This document shows positions 19,925-30,495 of a stretch of 64,000 nt of DNA, piece after piece. Below the pieces are notes generated by a model. That model had not been told where the DNA came from and ran no database searches. It saw nothing but the letters and a program-made list of their open reading frames with translations. The DNA is from Bacillota bacterium (GTDB lineage: Bacteria > Bacillota > DTU025). The first letter of the stretch is position 1; every line of letters starts with the position of its first letter. The stretch is from positions 192,001-256,000 of the forward strand of contig JBMNJT010000002.1 of NCBI GenBank assembly GCA_050951805.1, written 5' to 3'. The position numbers were made by a program, and so were the translations under genes.

Positions 19925-20311
19925 ATGGATATCGCCATTTCGCCGAACAATCCAGTGCCCATGTACCAGCAGATAGTTGACCAGGTTAGGGCCCAGATTC
20001 TCTCAGGCGAGCTCAAGCCGGGAGATCCCCTTCCGTCCATCAGGAAGCTCGCTGCGGATCTGCTTGCCAGCGTGATCACGACAAAACGAGCCTATGCAGA
20101 CCTGGAGGCGGAAGGATTGATCGTGACAAGGCCGGGCCTGGGGACTTTCGTCGCTGATCTTTCTCTTGAGGATATTGAACGGCTCAAGGCCAGAGAGGTC
20201 ATTGGGCATCTGGCGAACGCGGTCGAGGCAGGCCGCAGTCTTGGACTTGAAGACAGTGAAATTGCGGAATTGCTCCAGAACGTGCTGGATGGGAGGGTCA
20301 ACTATGGATGA
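19925..20311 (+). CDS. GntR (YtrA subfamily) regulator
   Basis: 'PMYQQI', 'LPSIRKLA', 'TTKRAY..LE..G', 'G.GTFV'. Confidence 0.92.
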   Translation: MDIAISPNNPVPMYQQIVDQVRAQILSGELKPGDPLPSIRKLAADLLASVITTKRAYADLEAEGLIVTRPGLGTFVADLSLEDIERLKAREVIGHLANAVEAGRSLGLEDSEIAELLQNVLDGRVNYG

Positions 20312-21035
20312 TGCAGTGCTTCAGCTCTGCAAAATCTCAAAGGCATACCCAGGCTTTGAGCTTAAGGATGTCTCTTTTGAACTGCCGCGCGGTTACATCA
20401 TGGGCCTGGTTGGGCCGAATGGAGCGGGGAAAACGACCATCATCAGGATCATGATGAACCTTGCGCGCGCTGATTCCGGGCAAGCAGCCATCTTCGGGCT
20501 CGACAATGTAGCCCACGAGACCGAGGTGAAGAGGCGCATAGGCTATGTTCCTGAAAACCACAACTTCTACGACGACATGACTGCAGGTTGGATGGCGCGG
20601 TTCGTGCGCCAGTATTACCCCACGTGGGATCAGAACTACTTCGACGCGCTTGCGGCCAGGTTCGAAATTGATCTGGGCAAGAGGGCAGGGGCACTCTCCA
20701 AGGGGAACCGGGCCAAGCTTTCCCTGGCGTTGGCCATGGCGCACAGGCCCGAGCTGCTCATCCTGGATGAGCCCACATCAGGTCTGGATCCGGTGGTTCG
20801 GCGAGAGCTTCTTGGGGAGCTGCTCGATTTCATGGGCGACGGCGAACGGTCGGTCCTGTTCTCTACCCATATCACTTCCGACCTTGACCGGGTTGCAGAT
20901 TACATCACTATCATTGTGGATGGGCGGATACATGACAGTGATGAGAAGGATGCCTTGCTTGAGAAGGCACGCAAGGACGAGCCGACAGCGTCCATAGAGG
21001 ATATCGTGATTTTGGCAGCGAGAGGGGAAAAGTGA
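20304..21035 (+). CDS. ABC transporter ATP-binding protein
   Basis: Walker A GPNGAGKT, LSKG signature, LDEPT, STH. Confidence 0.93.
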   Translation: MDDAVLQLCKISKAYPGFELKDVSFELPRGYIMGLVGPNGAGKTTIIRIMMNLARADSGQAAIFGLDNVAHETEVKRRIGYVPENHNFYDDMTAGWMARFVRQYYPTWDQNYFDALAARFEIDLGKRAGALSKGNRAKLSLALAMAHRPELLILDEPTSGLDPVVRRELLGELLDFMGDGERSVLFSTHITSDLDRVADYITIIVDGRIHDSDEKDALLEKARKDEPTASIEDIVILAARGEK

Positions 21036-21036
21036 G

Positions 21037-21705
21037 ATGACGAATCTCATATGGAAAGATCTCTACGTAAACAGGTCCATGATATTCATTGCGATAGGGC
21101 TTTTCGGGGGGCTCTTCGTTTTTGGAGCGCTCACAGGCTCCGAAGAGATTGCCGCGTACAGCTTAGGGATTATGAATACCTTTTCACCGATGATGGTTCC
21201 GTTCTGTGCTCTCAATAGCGCTGCCAATGAGGAAAAGAACCGGACCCTCGCCCTGCTCCGATCGATGCCCATTTCCCCGCGGACGATAGTTGCCTCCAAG
21301 TTCATCTCATCTTTGCTTGCAGGCATTTTGTGGTCTGTCATCAATATGGTCGCGGCCTCGTGGGGAACCAGGCTTTTCCCAGGGGCTGGGGGCGAGTTTC
21401 CTCCGAGTTCATTGACGGGCCTATACATGATGGCCCTGACGCTTCCAATAGCTGCCGTGACATTGATCGCGTTCTTCAAGTGGAATTCGAGCGCAGCGCG
21501 GACCGCTATCATGGCGCTATGGGTAGCCCTCTATGTTATCCCGACAGCATTCCGTCCGGCTGGGATGAGCATGACGGAGTTCTACCTGAAGATCATGTCT
21601 CCGACTCCGTCTATGATATCAGTTGTTCTCGTTGCTTGCCTTGGAGTATACGTTGTGGGCATGCTGGTTGCACAAGCCGTATTTGCCCGGCGCGAACTCG
21701 CTTGA
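21037..21705 (+). CDS. ABC-2 type permease, copy 1
   Basis: 'LIWKD', 'EEKN...LRSMPIS...IVASKF'; about 6 TM. Confidence 0.85.
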   Translation: MTNLIWKDLYVNRSMIFIAIGLFGGLFVFGALTGSEEIAAYSLGIMNTFSPMMVPFCALNSAANEEKNRTLALLRSMPISPRTIVASKFISSLLAGILWSVINMVAASWGTRLFPGAGGEFPPSSLTGLYMMALTLPIAAVTLIAFFKWNSSAARTAIMALWVALYVIPTAFRPAGMSMTEFYLKIMSPTPSMISVVLVACLGVYVVGMLVAQAVFARRELA

Positions 21706-21779
21706 TAGGGCGCGCAGCGAGGAGCCGACAGCGTCCATGGAGGATATCCTCATTTCGACCGCGAGAGGAGGGACATGAG

Positions 21780-22454
21780 ATGATCAGTCTTGTCTGGAAG
21801 GATCTCTACACAAGCAGACTGATGCTGCTTCTCCCCATCGGGCTTTTCGGCGGACTATTAGTGTTTGGAGCGCTCACGGGTAATGATGAAATCGCATCAT
21901 TGTACTTCTCGAGTTTAGCCAACACCTACTCCATGCTGATGGTTCCAGGCTGTGCGTTTGCCAACGCTTCGAACGAGGAGAAAAACCGGACTCTCTCCCT
22001 CTTGAGATCGATGCCCATATCTCCGCAAACGATAGTCGCATCCAAGTTCCTCGCGCCGCTGTTTGCTGGGGTGTTGTGGTCCCTCATCAGCGTCGCTGCC
22101 CTGTTGCTCGGCGCTAGGCTTTTTCCCAAAGCAGCGGGGATCGCGCTTCGATCGACTCCATTCCTGGGCCCATATTTGGTGGCCTTGACGCTTCCAACAG
22201 CTGCTATGATATTGATCGTATCCTTCGCATGGAACGCGAACGTGGCAGGCATAGCTTTCGTAGTGTTATCGGCAGCCCTCTACATGATCTCGGCAATATT
22301 TCGCCCAGCTGGAATGAGCATCATGGGGTTCTACCTGAAGATCATGTCTCCGACTCCGTCTATGGCATCAATCGCCGTTGCCGTTTCCCTTGCGATATAC
22401 TTTCTGGGGATGCTGGTTGCACAGGTAATATTCGTCCATCGTGAACTTGGTTGA
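21780..22454 (+). CDS. ABC-2 type permease, copy 2
   Basis: Close paralog of 21037..21705. Confidence 0.85.
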   Translation: MISLVWKDLYTSRLMLLLPIGLFGGLLVFGALTGNDEIASLYFSSLANTYSMLMVPGCAFANASNEEKNRTLSLLRSMPISPQTIVASKFLAPLFAGVLWSLISVAALLLGARLFPKAAGIALRSTPFLGPYLVALTLPTAAMILIVSFAWNANVAGIAFVVLSAALYMISAIFRPAGMSIMGFYLKIMSPTPSMASIAVAVSLAIYFLGMLVAQVIFVHRELG

Positions 22455-22482
22455 GTTTGCAAGAGGAAGCGGGAATGGAGTT

Positions 22483-24609
22483 GTGGCTACGGTGTATGAG
22501 CATATTGTCAACCCTGGCAGTATTGTGGTAGTCGGAGCAAGCGATGATGTTTCAAAGCCCGGCGGCAGAGTGGCGAAAAACATTGTTGACCACGGTTACG
22601 CCGGAAATCTCTGGGCGGTTAATCCGAAACACGATGATGTGCTCGGGCTCGCGACCTTCAAGTCCGTCGGTGATCTTCCTGGCACTCCCGAACTTGCGAT
22701 TATCGCTATCCCTGCACGCGGGGTTCGGGGGGTTCTGGAGGAACTGGCGGCAGTCGGGACGCGAGCCGTAATCATTCTGAGCGCGGGGTTTGGCGAGGTT
22801 TCGGAAGAAGGAAAGCGCGAGGAGCTTGCGCTGGTCGAGATTGCAGAGAGGCACGGTATGACTCTAATAGGACCTAATTGCATGGGAGTGCTGACTCCGT
22901 GCTATGCGGGAGTATTCGCAGGGCCCATCCCAAAACTTGAGCCGGGGTGTGTCGATATCATTAGCGGATCAGGCGCTACTGCAGACTTCCTTGCGGAGCT
23001 CGCTATAGAACGTGGACTACTGTTGTCTTCAGTCTTTACTGTGGGCAACGCTGCGCAGGTGGGGGTCGAGGACATCCTCGGCATGATGGATGAGCACTTT
23101 GGGTCGGGTTCGGCTAAGGTTAAGGCCTTGTACATGGAATCCGTGAAGAAGCCGCAAAAGCTTCTGCGCCATGCGCGGTCGCTGATTTCTAAAGGGTGCT
23201 CGATTGTGGGCATAAAAGCTGGCGCGACAGGTGCCGGAAAACGGGCGGCTGCCAGTCATACAGGAGCGATGGCCAGTGATGACACAGCAGTTCAGGCTCT
23301 ATTCGAGAAGGCTGGTATCATAAGGGTTTCCAGCAGATCAGAATTGCTCGACGTGGCAAGCGTTTTACTCATGGCCGGCCCGATAGATGGAAGAAATGTG
23401 TGTGTGCTTACTGATGCCGGCGGGCCTGGCGTGCTTCTCGCAGACGAGCTGGCTCGACAGGGCCTGAAGGTCCCATTGCTGCGGGAGGCAACTCAAAAAA
23501 GGCTTGGGGAAGTGTTGTGGCCGGGAAGCTCAGCCCTCAACCCCGTAGATTGCCTATCAACAAGAACCCCCAGCCAGATCCAGCAGGCGGTTGACGTGAT
23601 CTCGGAAGAAGAGCGCGACCGTATGGATGTTATGCCGCTCATCATGGGCGATCCGGGGATGGGCGGGATCGCTGAGATGTATGACGTTATTGCCCGTGCT
23701 ATGGACGAGTCCCTAATTCCGGTTATTCCAGTCTTTCCATCCCCCATAACTTCAGCTCTGGCGCTGGAGGACTTCAAGGCCCGCGGGAAGTCCTATTTTG
23801 TTGACGAAGTTCAGCTCGGGCGGAGCCTGGGGCGAGTGATAAACCGTCCGCGCCTGGATGAGCCAGTAGAGACACTTCCCGGATATTGCCGTGAGGCGAT
23901 CTCAAGAGCGCTGCAAGGGGATGAGGCTCGCGGGTCTGCTCATGCGGACAACGCCAGGACGGCTTTGGCGCCCCAGACGGCTGCTGCACTGTTGCGTGCT
24001 GCCGGCATACCTATCCCTGGCCAAGCAGTGGCAGTTGGAGTCGAGGACTTGGACGGGATCTGCTCGGATCTGGGATTTCCGGTTGTCATGAAGGTTGTGG
24101 GCCCCCTCCACAAGACTGATGTGGGCGGAGTTGCGCTGAACGTTGCGAGCATTGAGGATGCCCGTGATACTTGGCGGAGGTTGATGTCAATAGACGGGGC
24201 AACCGGCGTTCTGGTCCAACCCATGATAGAGGGGACGGAACTGATAATGGGAGCGACCCGCGAAGAGGGCTTTGGGGCACTGGTCATGTTCGGGCTTGGC
24301 GGAGTCTTCACCGAGGTCCTCAAGGACGTAAGGTTCGCTCTGGCGCCGCTGGGGATGGAGAAATGCAAGAGAATGATCGATTCCATTCGCGGGAGACGCC
24401 TGCTCGACGGGGCAAGGGGCGGACGGGCCGTCAATGTTGGCGCAGCAGCTGACATACTGGCCAGGGTTGGGCTTTTGGTCTCTGATTTTCCTGAGATTGC
24501 GGAGCTGGACCTGAACCCGGTTAAGGGGTATGGGTCAGAGATTTACGCGATAGATGCCCGCATCATAGTAGAGAGAAGGCCTGATGAAGGCGGGGCTTTG
24601 GCTCGCTGA
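22483..24609 (+). CDS. Acyl-CoA synthetase (NDP-forming), fused alpha/beta
   Basis: 'VVGAS', 'SAGFGE', 'GPNC.G', phospho-His 'ASHTG', ATP-grasp 'HKTDVGGV', 'DLNP', 'DAR'. Start is approximate. Confidence 0.9.
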   Translation: MATVYEHIVNPGSIVVVGASDDVSKPGGRVAKNIVDHGYAGNLWAVNPKHDDVLGLATFKSVGDLPGTPELAIIAIPARGVRGVLEELAAVGTRAVIILSAGFGEVSEEGKREELALVEIAERHGMTLIGPNCMGVLTPCYAGVFAGPIPKLEPGCVDIISGSGATADFLAELAIERGLLLSSVFTVGNAAQVGVEDILGMMDEHFGSGSAKVKALYMESVKKPQKLLRHARSLISKGCSIVGIKAGATGAGKRAAASHTGAMASDDTAVQALFEKAGIIRVSSRSELLDVASVLLMAGPIDGRNVCVLTDAGGPGVLLADELARQGLKVPLLREATQKRLGEVLWPGSSALNPVDCLSTRTPSQIQQAVDVISEEERDRMDVMPLIMGDPGMGGIAEMYDVIARAMDESLIPVIPVFPSPITSALALEDFKARGKSYFVDEVQLGRSLGRVINRPRLDEPVETLPGYCREAISRALQGDEARGSAHADNARTALAPQTAAALLRAAGIPIPGQAVAVGVEDLDGICSDLGFPVVMKVVGPLHKTDVGGVALNVASIEDARDTWRRLMSIDGATGVLVQPMIEGTELIMGATREEGFGALVMFGLGGVFTEVLKDVRFALAPLGMEKCKRMIDSIRGRRLLDGARGGRAVNVGAAADILARVGLLVSDFPEIAELDLNPVKGYGSEIYAIDARIIVERRPDEGGALAR

Positions 24610-24727
24610 CGCAGCAGGCATCATGCTCGCTAGAGTCAGGGGGCGAGGCCGCCCGGATTGCGTGGGCGCGAACGCGAACTTCTCCAGCGGGGAAGCTGTG
24701 GTGGAACGTACAGGTGATGCTTGGGCA

Positions 24728-26256
24728 ATGGCAGTCAAGCTCGACGGGGTCGTTGTGGAGTATGAGTCGTGGGAATATGAAGGGCGAAGGAGAAACGAAG
24801 ATGCGCGCTGGATGGCGTGACCATAGGGTTTGCGGGCGGCGAAATCGTTGGGATCGAGGGGCCTAACGGGTCTGGAAAGTCGACGCTGCTTCGAACGATG
24901 TGCGGAATACACGTTCCCATCTCCGGCGAGGTGTTGGTTTACGGGAAAAGGCCTGACATCTTTGACTCAGACTTCAAGAGGCGCGTGGGCTATGTCAGTT
25001 CCCGTCGGACATCTTCGTTTGCCCTCCATTGCGAGCTCTACGGTATGGACAAGCACGAGTGACAACGGGTAGCGTCCCGCCTTGACCTGGAACCATTGGC
25101 CGCCCGACCGCCGCGCGAGTATTCACAGGGGCAGAGGGCCAGGGCTGAGCTATGGCTTGCGCTCCTTCACAGATTGGATCTGGTGTTTCTGGACGAGGCC
25201 ACAGAGGCCCTGGATCTCGAGTATCTGCCGCTCTTCTTGGGGACATGAGCGGGCAAGGCGGTGGCGGCCCGAAGGCCTTTTTGGCCCAAAGTTGTGCGGA
25301 TACTGGCTAAGCAGAGGTTCATGCCGCTGCCGGATTTTCTAGGCTCAGCATTAGGAGCCACCCTCGTATTGTTGGCGCAGTCCGGGATTGATAGTTCAGG
25401 GCACCTCATTGATGGATACATGAGCGGATCTTTGCTCACCAGTATGCTTGCTCCACCCCACCCGATCGCGCTCTTGGCGGCAAGGTCCTTTTCTGGAGCG
25501 CTTGTTTCGCTTGCCTCCATCGTTCCTGCGACGCTTCTGGTTGCCAGTGGTTGCAGCAGGTTCTTCTGTGGCTGCCTTTTGTCCACATGGCCGATACGCC
25601 GGCTGCCATTGCGTCCGGGGTGGCCATCGGAAGAATGGGAATGCAGATTCTGTGGGCTGTGCTGTGTAGGAGGCGCATGGCGCGCTTTGACTGATGGACG
25701 GATGAATGTGCGTCCGCGGGCGCTGATTCAGGCGAGGCTCAGGGCTTATCGGATTTCGCCCGCGGGGTTTTGGGTGTATGTTCTCTCCGTGGGGCTATAT
25801 CAGCTCATGGGATTTGCCTTCGTCGTTGCCACCACATCCAGGCTGATATCGGTGTTGTAATGCCGATTGCCCATTTTGAACCCGGCGAAATGTTCGCTTC
25901 GGTTGCGGGTTTGCCATCGCTCTATTCGGCCTGTGGATCGGAGGACGATTCACGGCGATCAATCTTCAGTGTACAGCCTCTTCGTGATCGCGGCCTCGCT
26001 CGTTCTGTACAACAGGGGTCTTTCCGCCCGAATCAACCTGGCAATGGACCTCGTGCAATTCGGGCAGTATCCGATGCGCTTCTGCCCCGACGCTATGCGC
26101 ATCATCTTTACCTGGGTAATCCCCCTTGCAGTGGTTGCCAATGCTCCAGCCTGCCTCGTAGAAGCGGGGTTGGCAGAGATGCCGTGGCACTTTATTCCAG
26201 GATTCATCAGATGCGGACCTCTGGCCCTCCCCGGTTCCAATGCAATCTTCAGATAG
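24728..26256 (+). pseudogene. Decayed ABC transporter (ATPase plus ABC-2/DUF990-like permeases)
   Basis: Frameshifted pieces: 'GPNGSGKST', 'FLDEAT..LD' near 25180-25220, and 'FGQYP....IFTWVIP'. Confidence 0.7.
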
Positions 26257-26453
26257 GGAATAAGGCGGTTTTTGAGATATTGGTAAACAACTGCTCCCCT
26301 GTATCCTCCTACGGTGGCAATAGAGGGAATTGCAACCGAACTTGCGCAGCCATATAATGGGAGGACACGCTGCCTGTCCGCGGCAAGAGGGTAGAGACGA
26401 AACCCGATGTTCGCGGGGAGCCGGGGCGGAGCGGGATCGCGAGCGGCACTTTC

Positions 26454-27629
26454 TTACGAGGCAGGGGGAATGGTGTGGGCAGCCCCTGAACTGGGTGTGC
26501 TGATGGTGTCGGATTCACGTGCGCGTGCCTCGGACTGTGGCTGTGGTATTTCATCTGATCTGCCTTGCTTTTCTGAAGGCGTGTTCTTTTTGATCATGCT
26601 GACAGCCATCAGGACACCGCCAACGATTAGATTGAGGTAGTAGGTGAATGCGCGCCATACTGTGACGAAGAGGCCTATGAGGCCATGCGGAACCACACTG
26701 CTAAATAGCAGGCTGAAGCCGAGCTCTGCAGCGCCACTCGATCCGGGTGTGGGAGCATAGGCGGCTGCAAGGTAGAAAATCAGAGTGATCCCCATAATGT
26801 GCGTGAACTTGGGTGTTATGCCCAGACCCACCAGGATTACTGCTGGAACTATGGTTATCGTGATCCACCACGCGTAACTGAGCCACATCACTTTCCAAAG
26901 CGCTGACTTTTTGTTCTCCATGAATTCTTGCAATGCATTTCTGAACTCCCTGAGCTCGTGATCGATGCGATCGAGCACTGCATCTAAAGTCTCGGGCTTG
27001 AAGAACTTCAGGGTAAACTTGTTGCGTACAACAGGTACAACGATAACGTTGATCTTTTCCGGGTGAAAGATCAGGTAGAGTGAGAACGCAAACACCACGA
27101 AATACAGGATGATGCCGATTGCGAGGAGAACGTACATAGCTTTGGGAATGCTCCAGAAGTCAGCAAAACCAAATAACCAGATCGATGCGGCTATGCCAAG
27201 AGTGAAGCGGGCAAGGGCGTTGCATATGGTCTTCACTGCGATAACTGCCGTAGATTGCCCTACATTTAAGCCTTTTGCAGTTAGAAGGTACGCCTGCATA
27301 GGCTCGCCGCCGCTATCGAATGGTGTTACGTTAGACACGAATGCCCCCATGATGGAGATGCGCATTCCGGTCAGGATGTCCAAGTCTCCCCCAAGCGATC
27401 GAATGAGAGCCCTCATCCGGAGCGAATCGAACAGCCATGTTACTACCACGAGTCCGCACGCGATAGCTAGCATTGCCGGGTCTATCTGTGCAAATTCCTT
27501 CCATGACGTTCGTCCGCCGGTAAACTGGAGCACAACGTAGAGCCCTAGCACGCTGAAGACCACGCCAATGAGCGCGCTCCGTCTGAGCTGAGCAGGGGTT
27601 CTACGGCGGGTTTGCTGTTCCTCACTCAT
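26454..27629 (-). CDS. Lysylphosphatidylglycerol synthase TM / flippase-like protein
   Basis: 'NVTP..SGGEP', 'PTPGSSGAAE', 'WRAFTYY'. Confidence 0.88.
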   Translation of the reverse strand: MSEEQQTRRRTPAQLRRSALIGVVFSVLGLYVVLQFTGGRTSWKEFAQIDPAMLAIACGLVVVTWLFDSLRMRALIRSLGGDLDILTGMRISIMGAFVSNVTPFDSGGEPMQAYLLTAKGLNVGQSTAVIAVKTICNALARFTLGIAASIWLFGFADFWSIPKAMYVLLAIGIILYFVVFAFSLYLIFHPEKINVIVVPVVRNKFTLKFFKPETLDAVLDRIDHELREFRNALQEFMENKKSALWKVMWLSYAWWITITIVPAVILVGLGITPKFTHIMGITLIFYLAAAYAPTPGSSGAAELGFSLLFSSVVPHGLIGLFVTVWRAFTYYLNLIVGGVLMAVSMIKKNTPSEKQGRSDEIPQPQSEARARESDTISTPSSGAAHTIPPAS

Positions 27630-27943
27630 GGGGTTTCGCCCCCTTATAGCGGGTTTTTGCAAAACACAACATATTATATCATAGCCATGGGGCGCAAGCA
27701 CAAGAGAGTTCCCAATTATATGGAAATTAAGGCAAACTTTTGTCCCTGACTGAAATTAGCTGGAACCGACTGCGCACTGAGCATACAATTGATCAATCTT
27801 GACTGCCATAGATGTTTATGCCCGGCAAGCAACATCTCGGGCAAGTCTCGACAGGTTCCTGCGCGATTCCACTTAATGATTGTCTGGATTTCAAGAACAC
27901 ATATAGCAGCATACGAGGTCAGGGCTGTCCACTTCTTGCGCCC

Positions 27944-28891
27944 CTATTGTTTCACTATGCGCGTGCCTGCGTTTCCGTGAATGGCCTCAACCGCCCTGTC
28001 GAGTTGCGCGATTATGGCCGCCTCTCCTCCGCGCTCAACGAAACGGCGACACGCTTCGACCTTGGGTCCCATGCTTCCTGCCTTGAAGTGACCTTCCTGT
28101 TGGTAACGAATGAGGTCATCCAATTGGACTGTGTGCAAGTCGACCTGATGGGGCGTTTTGTAATGCAGGGCTACATGGGCCACGTCAGTTAGTATGAGAA
28201 GGACGTCGGCACCAACATCCCTAGCAAGACACTCGCCGCCTAGATCCTTGTCGATAACGGCCTCCACTCCCTTGTAGAGACCGCCCTTTTCTATAACGGG
28301 AATTCCGCCTCCGCCGTTAGCAATTACGATTGCGCCCGTTCGGACCAGTGAGAGGATGGCGTCTTGCTCCACGATTCTGATGGGATCAGGCGATGGGACT
28401 ACACGTCTCCAGCCGCGTCCGGCATCTTCGATCCACTTCTCTCCGGTCTCCTTCATTCGCTGCTCGGCATAGTAAGCGCTGTAGAATGGTCCTACAGGCT
28501 TTGTCGGATTTGCGAAAGCGGGATCATTCGGATCCACCACCATCTGCGTGATTACGGTCGCTACAGGCCTCTGGATCGATCGGCGCGCCAGCATCTTTCC
28601 GATGGATTGCTGGAGCATGTAGCCGATTTGCCCCTGGGATTCGGCGCCGCATACATCCAATGGCATGGGAGGGACCCTGTCGCGGCCCGCTTCTTGTTGG
28701 ATCAGGAGTGCTCCGACCTGTGGCCCGTTGCCGTGGGTTATCACCACTCTGTGGCCTTGGGCTATGAGCTCAGCTACTTGTTCCGCGGTGGAATCTACAT
28801 TCTCCATCTGCTCATCGACAGTCCCGTTCTGCCCCGGCTGAAGTATCGCGTTCCCGCCTAGGGCGATCACGATGGTCTTGGCATTGTCCAA
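27944..28891 (-). CDS. arcC: Carbamate kinase
   Basis: 'ALGGNA', 'HGNGPQVG', 'PTKPVGP', 'RRVVPSP', 'EAVIDKD', 'GSMGPKV'. Confidence 0.95.
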   Translation of the reverse strand: MDNAKTIVIALGGNAILQPGQNGTVDEQMENVDSTAEQVAELIAQGHRVVITHGNGPQVGALLIQQEAGRDRVPPMPLDVCGAESQGQIGYMLQQSIGKMLARRSIQRPVATVITQMVVDPNDPAFANPTKPVGPFYSAYYAEQRMKETGEKWIEDAGRGWRRVVPSPDPIRIVEQDAILSLVRTGAIVIANGGGGIPVIEKGGLYKGVEAVIDKDLGGECLARDVGADVLLILTDVAHVALHYKTPHQVDLHTVQLDDLIRYQQEGHFKAGSMGPKVEACRRFVERGGEAAIIAQLDRAVEAIHGNAGTRIVKQ

Positions 28892-28957
28892 CTCAAACAC
28901 TCCAGTCTTGCACATTGTCCGCCATGCTTCGGGGCGCTGGGCGCCTTGGCGTCCGAA

Positions 28958-30145
28958 TCATGCATTGAAGATCACCTTGCCCATTGAGATCGTCGTTGTT
29001 GCCCTATAAGTGTTGGCATCGAGTATAGTTATATCTGCATCCATTCCCCGCTGGAGGCGGCCTTTTCGATCGTCCAGCCCTAGCTGGCGCGCTGGTGTCG
29101 AGGAAGCCATGGCGATGGCGTCAGGCAGTGGCACGCCGACGAGACGAACCATGTTGCCGACTGCAACATCCATGGCTAGAGTACTACCGGCAAGTTCGCC
29201 TGATTCCAGGCGGGCCTGACCCTCCTTAACGATCACATGCTGGGTTGCGAGGGTGTAGTCTCCGTCGGGCAGTCCTGCTGCGCGCATCGAGTCGGTGACC
29301 AAAACAACGTGCGCAGCCCCTTTCATCCCGACCACAATGGAGGCGGCGATCGGATGGACGTGCACGCCATCGATTATCAGTTCGCATGTGAGATCATCGA
29401 TCGTCAGCGCTGCGCCTACAACCCCTGGCTCTCTGTGGTGGAGGCCGCGCATGCCGTTATAGGTGTGAGTGACATGCCTGATTCCAGCTGCCACGCCGCG
29501 TTCCATGTCGGCATAGGCTGCATCGGAATGTCCTGCAGAAACCAGTATTCCCTGGGACGCGAGGGCGTGGATTATGTCGATTGCTCCTGGAATCTCCGGG
29601 GCTACCGTCATGGCCATGATGTGGCCGCCTCCCGCATCTAAGAGCTTCTCGAGGACAGAGATGTTGGGGGCCATGATTCCTTCTTCGGGTTGTGCGCCCT
29701 TACGAATCGAATTGAGAAACGGTCCTTCAACGTTTATCCCAAGGATGCGCGCGCCATGAGTACAGCGTGAGCCTAGACGGTCAGCATCTATCGCCTCTGC
29801 GGCGGCTTTGCATGCACCTGTCATTTGCTCTAGAGGGGAGGACATGATTGTCGGCAAGAAGCCAACAACTCCATGGGAGGCCTCAAACTTTGACATGCAG
29901 TTGAGCGAATCGAAGCTCGAGTCCATGGCGTCTGCGCCTCCGCCGCCATGGACGTGGAGATTGATGAATCCGGGAGCTATTATTCCGCCCTTAGCGTCTA
30001 TCGTTGCATCGACCGTTTCTTTGCCGAGAGAAGCGGCCGAACCGACATTGAGTATCGTGCTGTCTTCTATGAGGACAGCTCCGTTTGCAATCACGGATGT
30101 GGGTGCTATTACAGGTCCGCCTGTGATTAAGGTTTTATGGGCCAT
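28958..30145 (-). CDS. nagA: N-acetylglucosamine-6-phosphate deacetylase
   Basis: 'PGFIN.HVHG', 'EGPF', 'APE', 'GHS', 'THTYNGM', 'DGVH', 'TDS', 'LAGS'. Confidence 0.93.
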   Translation of the reverse strand: MAHKTLITGGPVIAPTSVIANGAVLIEDSTILNVGSAASLGKETVDATIDAKGGIIAPGFINLHVHGGGGADAMDSSFDSLNCMSKFEASHGVVGFLPTIMSSPLEQMTGACKAAAEAIDADRLGSRCTHGARILGINVEGPFLNSIRKGAQPEEGIMAPNISVLEKLLDAGGGHIMAMTVAPEIPGAIDIIHALASQGILVSAGHSDAAYADMERGVAAGIRHVTHTYNGMRGLHHREPGVVGAALTIDDLTCELIIDGVHVHPIAASIVVGMKGAAHVVLVTDSMRAAGLPDGDYTLATQHVIVKEGQARLESGELAGSTLAMDVAVGNMVRLVGVPLPDAIAMASSTPARQLGLDDRKGRLQRGMDADITILDANTYRATTTISMGKVIFNA

Positions 30146-30495
30146 TCTTTAAACTTCCTTCCAAAAGAGTTCGACGCAGGCATTATCTTATGTCGCGACG
30201 TCTACCATCCGAATGTTATTCTCCTTAGTCGCGCTTTCTTCCTTCATGGGGGCGGTTATCGCATATCATCGAGTATTGCCGCTCAGACTAGTGCTAAGGG
30301 AATGCAGGACTTTCTGCCATACAACTGTGGAAGCACGGGGCGTAACCTCAAACCGAAATCGACAAAAAGTCGGCTGAGGGACGCTCACAAGTGGCCAGCA
30401 CTGTAGTGGTTGATTACAGCTGTGAGCAAGGTGCCCATAATCAGCGGCTGATTAGGGGCGGATCGACACAATTCGGGGATTGGAGTGATCAGGGC

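Noticed and set aside
21330-21779. Long N-terminal extension of permease 2
   Set aside because: It is a shadow of permease 1; paralogy places the start at 21780.
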